DNA from: a virus
Lineage: Duplodnaviria > Caudoviricetes
DNA: 64,000 nucleotides
Reading direction: 5' to 3' (one strand)
Virus record (IMG/VR): IMGVR_UViG_3300037067_016086
Coordinates: 1 to 64,000 of that record
Made by a program: the position numbers and the translations under genes. Position 1 is the first letter of the stretch; each line of letters opens with the position of its first letter. This document shows, piece after piece, positions 1 to 10,418 of this stretch. The notes beneath the pieces were generated by a model. The model saw nothing but the letters and a program-made list of their open reading frames with translations. It had not been told where the DNA came from and ran no database searches.

Positions 1-416
1 AGGTTGCCGTACTTCACGAGCGTGCGAATTGCCGTCCACAGTTCGTCCTCGATGTGGAGGCGCCGATCCAGCAGGTCGTTGATGATGTCCCGGATGACCT
101 TGTCTTTGGACGTGCCCCAGATCGTCGACTCGTGCACGGTGTCGGCCACCGTGGCGTCGTCGGCGTAGATGTCCAGCGCCGCGGACACCTCCGGGTAGTC
201 GTCCATGTTCTCGTAGTCGGCGAACCGCAGCATGAGGTCGGTGTCGACCGACAGCATGGTCGCCAGCTGCATGTAGGCGCCGGACATGCCGGAATCGGGC
301 GTCGTCGGGATCTGGCGGGGCATCGTCGCCTCGCCGGACGCGCCCCGGGAGAGCGCCGCCACCTGCCCAGCTGCCTGCCGACGGAAGAGCTTCTGAACCG
401 TATCCCTCCAGCTCAT
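1..416 (-). CDS. Portal protein, T4 gp20-like (N-terminal part, continues beyond window start)
   Basis: Not in the ORF track. Translated by hand from ATG at 416, which overlaps the terL stop (TAATG): MSWRDTVQKLF...LRFADYENMDDYPEVSAALDIYADDAT...IEDELWTAIRTLVKYGN. The DYE.MD..PE...ALDIYAD motif and position after TerL fit a T4-like portal. Confidence 0.85.
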   Translation of the reverse strand, partial: MSWRDTVQKLFRRQAAGQVAALSRGASGEATMPRQIPTTPDSGMSGAYMQLATMLSVDTDLMLRFADYENMDDYPEVSAALDIYADDATVADTVHESTIWGTSKDKVIRDIINDLLDRRLHIEDELWTAIRTLVKYGN

Positions 417-3400
417 TAGTCGTCATCTCCCATCAGGATCGGCGGCAACAGATCGCTGTTCTGCATGCTGCGCTGTGCGGCTCGAACTTCCTCAAAGTCC
501 ACGTCCTCCGCAGGAATCAGTGGACTGACCCATTGGTGCTCGTGGCCCACCTTGACCTTCGGTGTATCAGCATCCGCCGCCCAGGGCAAGCGGGCTGCCC
601 GTTGCCTCAATCCCCACACCACCCCGGCCAACGCGTCCGACACGTCCTTCGTGTTGTGCTTCGGGTGGTCGATCTTGCCCTTGACCCTGTCGTACTCCAG
701 GGCCCGCAGCTCGCTCAGCAGCACGGGATAGTCGTACAGGTCCAGGCGCCGCTCGTAGATCGCCGACTTCAGCTCCTCGTACGGCTGAACCGTCGTGTCC
801 ATGGAGATCAGCTCCGTGTGGATGCCGTGCCGCCGAACCTGTTGGTGCATCTCCACGTACTGGTACGTGTCCGTGCTGAACCCCGCGATCGGGTAGCCGT
901 GTGCTTGCAGCTCGTACACCAGGCGCCGCACGTCCGGCATGTAGATCTGTTCGCCTGCCGGGGGCCGGATGCACAGCATGACCTCGACGACATAGTATGG
1001 TGCTGTGTCCGTGTAGCGGTTCCCGTCCCCGTCGCGCCGCACGACCTCCACCCAGCGGTCGATGTACCCCATGCAGAACCCGGTGGAGTCGCCCGAGGTG
1101 GACGTGTCGATGTGAATCCACCGCGGCATCTGTGGGTTCTCGCGCGGGACCCACGCGTCCTCGATGAAGCCGCCGGGCAGGCGCCGCTCGATCTTCCGGC
1201 ACATCTTGTCCCACTGGAACGACCCCGGGCCGCCCGCCACCCAGTGCTCGGTGCTGAAGGGGTGCGGCCGCGAGTGCACCACGCACTCGTCGATCGCGTC
1301 GACGCGCTGGAAGAACGCCGAGATGGCCTGCGTGCTCACGCCCGCGATGTCGCGCAGGGAGTCCTCCAGGTTGCCCTCGAAGTCGTCCCGGAACTCCACG
1401 GGCACCTCGACCATCCACGCATCGTGCTCGTCGAGGTACTCATTGGTGATCTCCTCGGCCTCCTCGGCATCCAGGATGCGGGACCGCAGGCTGCTCTTGG
1501 AGCACAGCACGTAGAACACCTCGCCGCAGAAGTGACCCTCGGGCATCGTCGACCACTGCGTGTGCTCAACCACGAACGTGTCCGGGTCGTCCTTGTCCTC
1601 CCGCATCTTGCGCTCGGTGAAGGAGTCCAGGGTCGCCGCCGACGAGGACAGGATCACCATGCCCGGGAAGTCGCCGCCCACCCCGAGGAAGCGCGACCTG
1701 ATCCGGCGCACCAGGGCCCGGTACACCTTCTCCACGATGTCGAAGTGCGCCGCGGTCATCCGCTTCCCGAACGTCTGCTGGATCTGCTGGGCGTTGCGCT
1801 TGGGCGGGAAGTTCGTCTCGTCGCAGATCGCCGAGAAGATGGCCGTGCCCAGCGCGCGCTCCGCTCCGTACGAGCTGATCGTCATGCGGATGTTGTTGGG
1901 AAACAGGGTGTAGTCGGTAGAGATCTTCGGTGGGAACTTGCTCATGAAGTACGGCGACGCCTTGATCTTGTCGTCCACCGCGGTCTTGAGCACCTCCCTG
2001 CACAGCACCAATGACCTGGACATGAGCATGAGGACCATCTCGGTCCCGGGCCCCAACCCGAACGTGCTCTGCGGATCGCGCAGGCACGACAGCTCGTAGA
2101 CGATCCGGCACATGGAAGTTGCGGAGAAGAAGGTGTTGTGGAGCACGACCCCGTTGCCGACGAAGTTGTGCGTCTCCGGAACGGTCAGGTCGAACACGTC
2201 CTGGTCGCCCGCATCCTCGATGCCCCGGATGCGCTCCCACAGCAGATCCGAGGTCGCCAACCACGCATAGTGCCCAGAGTACCCGGTCGCCGCGCACATC
2301 CGCTCGAATGCCGCACGGCTGATCCGCTGCCCTCGCGGGCAATGCATCGACCGCACGGGGCGCTTCCCATCTACCAACAGCTCGGACCGGATCGTGCGCA
2401 GTTCCTCGAACCCAACCGGCACAACGTCCGAGTTGGGGTTCGACTTGATCGCGGCACACACGCGGCGCAGATCCGCGCAGGCCTGCTCCTTGCCCGGGAT
2501 CGGACCGACTGCATCCAGGAAGGCCAGGATCTCGGGCGCCCCCGTCACGGTCAAGCACCATGCGGGGAACGACCGGCGCTCCCCAGTCGGCAACCGGTAG
2601 GACTTCTTCTTGGGATACTTTCGAGCGTGCACCCCCAGCCGCAGCAGCAGGAACCGCAGGTCGTCGATCAGCCCCTCCGAGGCCAGGGTCACCTCAGCCT
2701 TCTGTGGCTTGCCCACGGACAGCGATCCGTCGCAGGCCCAGAACCTGTTGAGAAACAGGGCCACCTGGTTAAGTGGCAGTCCATACCACTCCGCCGGGAG
2801 TCGCTTGTGGATGGCCTTCTTCTCGCACCCGTACTGCGTGACGAGCCAGCGCACCGCGCTCGCCCGCAACGTCGTGGCGGCGCTCCCGCGATCGTCCTTG
2901 ACGCGCTTCGTCCCCGGCTTGATCCAGCGGTGCCCCTTGTCGTACCGACTCGAATCCCCCAGCCGCATCACCAGATCCGCGAACTCCGACAGCAGGACGG
3001 GCGTCTGGTTCGTGAACGTCGTCGGCCCCGTGCACCCGCCGTCCGCCATCAGAAGCGCCACGAACCGCACCACGTCATCGGACACGTCCGGCCCCTGCGC
3101 GGGCTCCGGCACACGCCGCGGAGTCGCCACCAGATCGTCCATAGTCAGACGCCCGGCTTCCACCCAGCCTCGGTCCGTGTAGACCGGGTGGTCCGTGCTC
3201 AGGATGACCGCCTGCCCGCCGAACAGCACCAATCGCACGCACCGCTTCCGCCCGGATGGGAAGGCCCGCGCGCCCCGCGCCTCCATTGAACCCCCATCCC
3301 CCATGGACGCCACCGTGAACCGAGGCAGGCCCACCGCCTCTCCAACCGTGATCCGGCGCCCGCTGGACGGAAGGTAGATCTCCGTGCTGGGGTGCACGCA

Positions 3401-3745
3401 CTTGCCCCAGCCGATCGATCCCGCCAGCACCACCTCGCGGTGCGGCGCCTCGAACAGCGCGATCAGGCTCTCCCTCACCCCCGGCCGCAGCGTCACCATG
3501 GAGTCCCCGAGGTAGTAGGGGTCGTCCAGGAACTGCTCCATGCTCACGGGCTTTGTGTGGTACAGCCCGTTCTCCAACTCCTCGCTCAGCCGCTGTGCCT
3601 TGATCGGGTCCGTCTCCCCCAGGAGCGACTCGAACAGCTTGCGCGACTCCGCGGGCAGCAGAGCCAGTGCGTCCACCACCGCGCGCTGGTCCTCCTCGGC
3701 CGTGCGCTCGCTGCGCCGCCGCCCGTCCGGACCCGTGCGGATCAC
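416..3745 (-). CDS. terL: Terminase large subunit with intein
   Basis: Walker A GSIGWGK|T split by an intein; Walker B-like AICDETNF; C-terminal nuclease motifs HIDTSTSGDSTG and KIDHPKHNTKDVSDALAG; adjacent to portal. Confidence 0.92.
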   Translation of the reverse strand: MIRTGPDGRRRSERTAEEDQRAVVDALALLPAESRKLFESLLGETDPIKAQRLSEELENGLYHTKPVSMEQFLDDPYYLGDSMVTLRPGVRESLIALFEAPHREVVLAGSIGWGKCVHPSTEIYLPSSGRRITVGEAVGLPRFTVASMGDGGSMEARGARAFPSGRKRCVRLVLFGGQAVILSTDHPVYTDRGWVEAGRLTMDDLVATPRRVPEPAQGPDVSDDVVRFVALLMADGGCTGPTTFTNQTPVLLSEFADLVMRLGDSSRYDKGHRWIKPGTKRVKDDRGSAATTLRASAVRWLVTQYGCEKKAIHKRLPAEWYGLPLNQVALFLNRFWACDGSLSVGKPQKAEVTLASEGLIDDLRFLLLRLGVHARKYPKKKSYRLPTGERRSFPAWCLTVTGAPEILAFLDAVGPIPGKEQACADLRRVCAAIKSNPNSDVVPVGFEELRTIRSELLVDGKRPVRSMHCPRGQRISRAAFERMCAATGYSGHYAWLATSDLLWERIRGIEDAGDQDVFDLTVPETHNFVGNGVVLHNTFFSATSMCRIVYELSCLRDPQSTFGLGPGTEMVLMLMSRSLVLCREVLKTAVDDKIKASPYFMSKFPPKISTDYTLFPNNIRMTISSYGAERALGTAIFSAICDETNFPPKRNAQQIQQTFGKRMTAAHFDIVEKVYRALVRRIRSRFLGVGGDFPGMVILSSSAATLDSFTERKMREDKDDPDTFVVEHTQWSTMPEGHFCGEVFYVLCSKSSLRSRILDAEEAEEITNEYLDEHDAWMVEVPVEFRDDFEGNLEDSLRDIAGVSTQAISAFFQRVDAIDECVVHSRPHPFSTEHWVAGGPGSFQWDKMCRKIERRLPGGFIEDAWVPRENPQMPRWIHIDTSTSGDSTGFCMGYIDRWVEVVRRDGDGNRYTDTAPYYVVEVMLCIRPPAGEQIYMPDVRRLVYELQAHGYPIAGFSTDTYQYVEMHQQVRRHGIHTELISMDTTVQPYEELKSAIYERRLDLYDYPVLLSELRALEYDRVKGKIDHPKHNTKDVSDALAGVVWGLRQRAARLPWAADADTPKVKVGHEHQWVSPLIPAEDVDFEEVRAAQRSMQNSDLLPPILMGDDD
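2135..3400 (-). mobile_element. Intein with LAGLIDADG-type endonuclease in TerL (422 aa)
   Basis: Begins CVHPSTEI after GK, block B STDHPVYT, LLMADGG and RFWACDG endonuclease motifs, ends FVGNGVVLHN followed by Thr. Confidence 0.92.
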
Positions 3746-3866
3746 CGGCCACCCCCATTGGTGCAGGCGAACACGTGTTCGCTTCTGGCGTCCCCGGCGC
3801 CGCCGAACATTATCCTCGCGCGCGCGTAAACGGCGATTTTCTCAGATCCTGTACTTTGTGCGGTTC

Positions 3867-4532
3867 TCATGGCACCGCACCTTCTTCGGATTCGTCCCCG
3901 TCCCCTGGATCGTTGGGGATGTCGATGACGTCCTGGCGCCCGGACAGGCGCATCACGCGCTTCAGCAGCCCGAGCACCTGAGCACGCTGCACCGGGTCCG
4001 CGAACGCCCGGGCCGCGCCCTCGCCGTACCGCGTCCGGATCTCCTCCAGGCGCTCCGCGCTCACCGTCAGCGTCCCCAGGTCGCGCGAGCCCGTCAGCCC
4101 CAGGTCCATCTTGATCGCGTGCATCTGCGCCACGAGATCGATCAGCACCTTCATCTGTTTGTCCACACCCGCGTCGATGTCCCCGGTCCGCCGCTCCCGG
4201 CCGTGCGCGAGATCGAGCCGGTACAGCGCGACTTCGTAGGTCCGCTCCAGGCGCCGCAGGTCCTCCATGCGGTCCCCGAACTCCTTGGCGGCCTTGATGA
4301 CCAGGTGGGGCAGCCGCGGCGAGATCAGGTCAGCCTCCGACACCTCCTCGCTCACGTACCGCAGGAGCATCCGCGACAGAGACTTGCGGTCCACGTCCAG
4401 GTACTCCCCCTCCTCCTCCTGGATGTAGCGCGCCACGTCCGGACACGGGTATCCCGCCACCAGCCGCTCCACTACCTCCGTGTGACACCGCAGCCCCTTG
4501 ATCCTAGCGAACGGCACGATCTTGCTCATCAC
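3867..4532 (-). CDS. Probable terminase small subunit
   Basis: 221 aa helical protein with an N-terminal HTH-like segment, directly upstream of terL. Assigned mainly by position. Confidence 0.5.
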   Translation of the reverse strand: MMSKIVPFARIKGLRCHTEVVERLVAGYPCPDVARYIQEEEGEYLDVDRKSLSRMLLRYVSEEVSEADLISPRLPHLVIKAAKEFGDRMEDLRRLERTYEVALYRLDLAHGRERRTGDIDAGVDKQMKVLIDLVAQMHAIKMDLGLTGSRDLGTLTVSAERLEEIRTRYGEGAARAFADPVQRAQVLGLLKRVMRLSGRQDVIDIPNDPGDGDESEEGAVP

Positions 4533-7500
4533 AGCACCCCGTCCTCGATGCTCCGAAGCAGGCGCGCCACAAGCCGCAAGGCAAAGGCCCGCTCCCCGTA
4601 GTGCGGCGCCAGCATCGCGCTCGCCGGGAGCTTCTTCATCTGCTCCATGATCCCCTCGGTGCAGCGCGCCTCCTCCTCAGCCCACTCCGCAAACCGCGCC
4701 CTCTCAGCCGCCGTCAACATCCCAGCACCAATACCAGCCCACACGCTCCACCCCGTTTGTCAATCGAAAAATCCCCACGCCGTCCACGCCGCTTGGTGCA
4801 GGGGAAGTGACGGGGATCGCATCGGAAGCGCCCCCTGGGGATCTGCATAGGGGCTATGGTAGAGATCGTGATCTTGGAAGTCTGTCCTAGGCGGGACTGC
4901 AACGTGTTGTGGATCATCGCGCGTTTTCCTTTGCGCGCGCTGGTTTAGGTCCTCTCGCGCGCCCCTTTAGGCTAGGCGCGATCGGGTGTGTTTGTCAATG
5001 GGGTATTTACGAGGGATGGATCACACGTCCGGCGACGTCGATCTGCCCCTCGGCCAGTAGGGCGTCCAGGTGCTCGCGCGACTCCGCGACGAGGTGCGGG
5101 TCCAGGTGGTACATCACCTCTCCCGGCAGCAACGAGGCGCTCCGGTCCTCCGGCGCCCACGCCTCCCGGACTGGACCCCTCACAACCAGACCACACCCTC
5201 CGCGCTGCCAGATCGCCCGCAGCGACTGCATCACGAAACGCCCCGTGGCGTATCCCTGGTCTATCACGTTGTCCATCGTCCGCTGAGGCCCCTCGTCGCA
5301 GCGCCACCCGCACCGCGGGCATGTCCATCCGAGCTGATCCTCTATCATCGGTCCCCCTCACCGCCCCGCGTCGCCTCGAAGTCCGTGCGGATGCTGCACC
5401 GCTCCATGTTGTGCTGCACCTGCTCCGCGCGGAACTCCCGCCCCGCGAACATGACCACCGCTCCAGGCCGGGCCTCCGGCTCGAACCCCTCGCCCCGCAC
5501 CCGCAGCGTCTCCCTGATCGGCCCGTGCATGTCGTCCCACCGCGCATCCGCGTGCGCCCGGATCGCCCGCAGCTCGCCGACTCCGACGATGAGCAGCGCA
5601 ACAAGCCAGTAGGGCCAGCGCTCCGCGTCGCCGCCTCCGTGCCACAATCCCAGCCCCACCATCGCCAGAGCGAGCACGCAACTCGACACGCGGTCGCTAT
5701 ACCCCGGCCTGCGCGTCGTCGACTTCCACCACTTGCCCATCCGATCCTCCCTTCGTGTGCCCTACTCGTTCGACGCCCGGATCACCAGGGCTGGTTCCAC
5801 CGGTTCCCCGCTCTCCCCGTCGATGTTCTCGGTGTACTCCAGCTCCCCGATGTTCCAGGAAACCCGCTCAGGGCCGCTTCCGTTGTCCACATCGGTACCC
5901 AGGAAGATCTCCGTGTTGTCCGGATACCGATCCAGAGCCCGAATCAACTGCGCCTTCGTCATCGTCACCATGATCCGATCCTCCATTCAAAGGCGAACAC
6001 GTGTTCGCGTCTCAGGCCACCGGGTTCGCCCGCTCCATGATGCGCATCAGGCGATCCGACAGCGCGTTCGCTTCCATGCGCCCGATCCGCTCCTCAGCCG
6101 TCTCCCGACTCCGCTGCTCCGCCTTCAGCTGATCCCGCAGCACCTCGATGCGCAGCACCAGCCCCTCGACCAGCGCGCACACCACCTCCGGCGTGGGCTC
6201 CCGGTCCGCCAGCACCCAGGCGTGATCCGACCCCAGCACGTCGATCAGCTTCTTCCGATACGCCGTCCCGTCCATCATCGCGATCCTCCTTCTTCAGTCC
6301 TGCGCCGACGGGAAGAACTCTCCCCAGCGGGCGTGTACCGCCATGAGACGCGCCACCTCCCGGTCAATCCGATCCTGCGCCCAGGTGGCGGCCTGGTCCC
6401 GCGTGCGGAACACGTCGCACTCCGGAACCGTCATGGACTGAACCGACTGTCCCATCGGGCTGTCAGCTCCCCCAATGAAAGCCACGAGGACGTACGAGTT
6501 CGATCGCAGCTCCGTGTTCCCGATGTCCCCGATCCCCGAGGGCATGGAGAGCATCACCAGCTCACGGCGAACGCAGGTCCCCACCACCAGAGCCTCCACC
6601 AGATCTTCCGGGTACGGGATCGCCTCTCCCGCATGTCCCGCCACCCGCGTCTGCACCCACACCCGATCCCCGAACCTGAACTCGCTCATAGCTACTCCTT
6701 GCGCTCTTTGAACCGGCCCACCCATCCGCAGGTGGGGCAGGTCACGTGCCAGAAACCCGTCTGCACTTTCCAGGTCGTGGGCAGCCCGACGACCCCGCTG
6801 GTCGTGCGCCCATGACGATCCACCGTCTCGTCCACTAGCTCCCACGCCCGCTCGCTAAATCGGGCATCCCGCGAGAACCACTGGTGGCAGCAGGGGCACT
6901 CCTTGATCTTCCCCTCCAGCTGCGCCCAGACCTGCTCCATGCTCATGGTCCCTCCTTCGGCACCGGCAGACCCAGCGCCGCGCGGGCGCGTCGATACCAG
7001 TCTTCGTAGTAGGCGACGAGGTCCTCCAGCGAGATAGCTGGCGTGTTCTCGGGCAGCCGCTCCAACACGAGAGTCCGCAACCGCTCGATCTCCCCCACCA
7101 GCCAGGCCACGTTGGCCGCCCCGTCCGGCCACTGGTCCGCCCGATCCGGGTGCGCCTCCTGCCACAGCTTCCGAGCGCGCTCCATCATGCGGCTGTGCAG
7201 GTCGTTCGACGCGCGCAACTCCAGGCACTCCCCGCGCCAGTCGTACGGCTCGCAGTTATCGACCCAGCAGAGCGACCGGCAGTGCTCGCACTCGCATCCC
7301 GGCGGGTGCGCCGGATCGTCGTAGTCCGCCTGCTGCGCCCGCGTCTTGTCGCACCGCACGCAGCGCCGACCGTCCTCCGTGCCCCAGCTCAGGGGCTTCG
7401 GATCGGCCGGACCCACCGGCTGCGTGTAACCGCCCTCGTTCTTCCAGAACGCCATGGGCTACCCCCACCCCGGCAGCTGACCCGTGCCGTTGCAGTGCGG

Positions 7501-9480
7501 GCACCAGGCCCTCCCCCGCTGCCGCCCCTGCTCCCAGCGCATGGCCGGGGACAGCACGTAGACGCCGCCCGCCGCCGGAGACTCCGTGTACGGGTTCTTC
7601 TCCGGCCCCAGTCCCGCGCGCCCCGCTGCGCACCCCTCCTCGTAGATCGGATCGATCGCTTCCATGGTCACCCCTCCTCCAGCAGCTTGGCCAGGCGCTC
7701 CCGGAACGGCCCCAGCCCGTCCCGCAGGTAGCCGCTCCCGTTGGCGTCCCGCCGCACCATCGACGCCTCGAACCACCCGCTCTGCGCGAAGTCCGCCTCC
7801 AGGCTCAGCCCCAGGCGGTGGTCCTCTCCGTACCACTCGATCAGGACCGACCCGTCCTCGCAGACCACCGCGAACGCGGGTGGTTCCCGCTGCCCCTCCG
7901 CCACGGCCTCCGCGGTCGGGGGAACCCCCTCCGCATCCTCGAAGCCGACCTGCCACTTGAGGTCCAGGAGGCGCCGCGCCACGGCCTCCACCGGGCCCGC
8001 GTCGCCACCGTATCGCCGCGCCACGTCCACCGCGGTCTCCGCGACATGGATGGCGCGCAGCATGCGGAACCCGCGCCGGATCGCCAGGCAGGTCGCGTAG
8101 ACCACCCCGCCCAGCAACGCCACGGCCACCACGACTAGGATGCCGATCAGCGTCTTGTCCATCACCGCGCCTCCTCCTCCGCCAGCTGCCGCTCCAGCTC
8201 GGGCAGCCGGGCCGCACACAATCGCGCGTGCTCCACCTGCACCCGCAGCGCGCACCGGTTGCACCAGTACCGATAGCCGCCGTGGATCATGCCCATCGTG
8301 CCGTCCGGCGCCCACAGGATCGTTGCCGGGCGCTCCCCGCACTCCTGGCAGGAACCCCTCGGAATCATCCAGTCCAAGGCGTCGGGGGGCACCTCGATGT
8401 GCGTGTTCGCCTGTCCGCCGCCCTTCGACACCACGGTCGACCAGGCAGGGGGATCTCGTCTCGCGGTATCCCTCTTTATTTTTCCAAATGCCTCCCGATC
8501 AACAGGCCTCGTCGTCAGCTGCGTCACCTGCCCTGGAAGGATTTTGAGATCGTCTCCCATCCCGCTACCTCCTATGCGCCAGCTCTTGCAGGCGCGCCGC
8601 GGTCGAATGCTGCCACGCCGCCATGGGGTCTCGCGCGATGAATTGGGAGATCAGCGCCCCCGTTCCCACCGCGCAGGTCATGCTCACGCTCGACGCGCAG
8701 ACCGGACACGTGACCTCCCACGTCGGCGGCGACGTCGGCAACTCCCTGGCGTCCCCGTGATCCAGGTCCAGCACGCTGCCGCAGGTCCGGCACCGCGCCG
8801 TGATCGTGCCCCGCTCGACGACCCGGATCATCGCTTGTCCTTGTGCTCCAGCGTGACCTCGCGCGCCCCGTGCTCCAGCAGCAGGATCACGAGGAGCCGC
8901 GCCTCCTCCATGCAGCGGGCGCTCCCGAAGTCCAAGCGAATCCGGAACACCGACGCGCTCTGCATCTCGATCTTGATCATCACCCCTCCTTGGGCGAACT
9001 CGTGTTCGCGTCCTTCTCGGCCATGGCGCGCAGCATCTGCACGTAGGGCTGCCCCTCGATGTCCGCGTCCGTGATCGCCCGCTCCATGTCCGCGGCGTCC
9101 TTGACCGGCGCCCACCAGCTCTCGGCGCCCCAGACCACGCGCCGCAGCGCGGGCACGAACATGGCCGGGTTGGTCGGCAGCGGGATGCAGAACTCCGCCT
9201 TCGGCTTGTGGTAGGCGATGACGTGTTCCCTGGGCAGCACGAAGTGCCCCAGGAAGATCCCCACGTGCGTATCCGCCTCGCCCGCGAGCCGCACCCGTAC
9301 CGGGTCCCCGCACTTGCAGCGGTCCAGGAAGGGCGGCGTCACCCACACCTTGACGCCACGCACCTCCACCGGCCACTGGATGTCCTCCAGCAGCACGTAG
9401 TCGTCCTCCACCTTCTTCATCTCCTCCGCCAGCTTGCCGATCATCTCGGCCAGCGGCGCCTTCTCGGATTCCTCGCTCAT
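4529..9480 (-). CDS. Cluster of about 14 small hypothetical phage ORFs (approx. 4529-4744, 5007-5348, 5345-5740, 5762-5986, 6012-6278, 6294-6689, 6692-6946, 6943-7455, 7459-7665, 7668-8162, 8162-8560, 8565-8831, 8828-8980, 8980-9480)
   Basis: Head-to-tail ORFs with GGAGG-type RBS and ATGA/TGATG overlaps; several carry CxxC pairs or single TM segments. No function recognisable. Confidence 0.6.
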
Positions 9481-9490
9481 CGCGCCCTCC

Positions 9491-10372
9491 CTAGTCGACG
9501 ACGTCACCCTCGCTCAGGATGCGGAGCCACTTCATACGGGCCTGGTCCGCCTCCTCGCGCTTCACGTTGACGTCCCGGAGCATCCGGTTCGCCACCTCCG
9601 CCCGCGATCGGTAGTAATGGTCCGCGGGCCACTCCATCAGGCCGCCCGCGCCGTCCTCCACGAAGGCCACCAGCACGTTCGGCTCGCGCTTCGCATCCAG
9701 GTCGAGGGCCTCCACCTGGACAACGACACCGCTCCGCAGGTGATGATCCGGGTCCACCGTTCGATAGGGCGGGCAGTTTGCGATGAACCAGACCACGTCG
9801 CCGAACTGGAGGCCGCCCCGCTCCGGGATCGGTCGGACCGTCCGCGCTCCCACTCGCTTCGCGTGGTCGACTAGGCTCTCACCCGCCGGGGTGTTCAGCG
9901 CCTTGCGCACCTGCTTGATTACGTCCACGCACTCGGCCGCCTGCTGCACGACCGCATCGTCCGTGCTTCCCCAGATCTCCAAGGCGCTGCGCAAGCGCTG
10001 GACGAGTTGGAACGTGGTTCGGACATCCTCCACCGCGTTCTTTTCCGAGCCCGTGAGATGCGCAATCTCCTGAAACCTCTGATTCAGATACTCCACCTTG
10101 CGCAACGCTGAGTCCTGGTTGCTTCCTGAATACCCTGGAGAAACGACCGCATTGATCTTTCCGATCTCCGACTCGATGATCGCCAGCTTCTGTCGCCTCA
10201 TCGCCGCCGTGTCCACCAAGCCCTCGACAGCCGTACGCACCGACCCGTTCTTCGGCACCCCAAGGAGCGCCCGCAGGTCCCGCAGGGTCGCCATCTCCTT
10301 GTTCACGTTCCGGCGCTCCCGGTCCCGCTCGGTCTTCGCCTTCCTCTGCTTCTCCGTCATCGGCTTCGTCAT
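9491..10372 (-). CDS. Hypothetical coiled-coil protein, first gene downstream of the TIGR array
   Basis: 293 aa ORF with GGAG RBS, basic N-terminus and heptad-rich middle. Confidence 0.65.
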   Translation of the reverse strand: MTKPMTEKQRKAKTERDRERRNVNKEMATLRDLRALLGVPKNGSVRTAVEGLVDTAAMRRQKLAIIESEIGKINAVVSPGYSGSNQDSALRKVEYLNQRFQEIAHLTGSEKNAVEDVRTTFQLVQRLRSALEIWGSTDDAVVQQAAECVDVIKQVRKALNTPAGESLVDHAKRVGARTVRPIPERGGLQFGDVVWFIANCPPYRTVDPDHHLRSGVVVQVEALDLDAKREPNVLVAFVEDGAGGLMEWPADHYYRSRAEVANRMLRDVNVKREEADQARMKWLRILSEGDVVD

Positions 10373-10384
10373 GATCTATCTCCT

Positions 10385-10408
10385 GGGAGCGAACACGTGT
10401 TCGCTCCC
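10385..10408. promoter_or_regulatory. 24-bp perfect palindrome GGGAGCGAACACGTGTTCGCTCCC closing the array
   Basis: Perfect inverted repeat 10 nt beyond the last array repeat and just before the next RBS; contains the genome-wide 16-mer. Confidence 0.7.
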
Positions 10409-10418
10409 TACATCAAAA

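Noticed and set aside
4745-5000. Non-coding gap upstream of the terminase genes as a pac site or ncRNA
   Set aside because: It has a promoter and CG runs but no clear repeats or fold; a weak 67-aa ORF is also possible. Nothing decisive.
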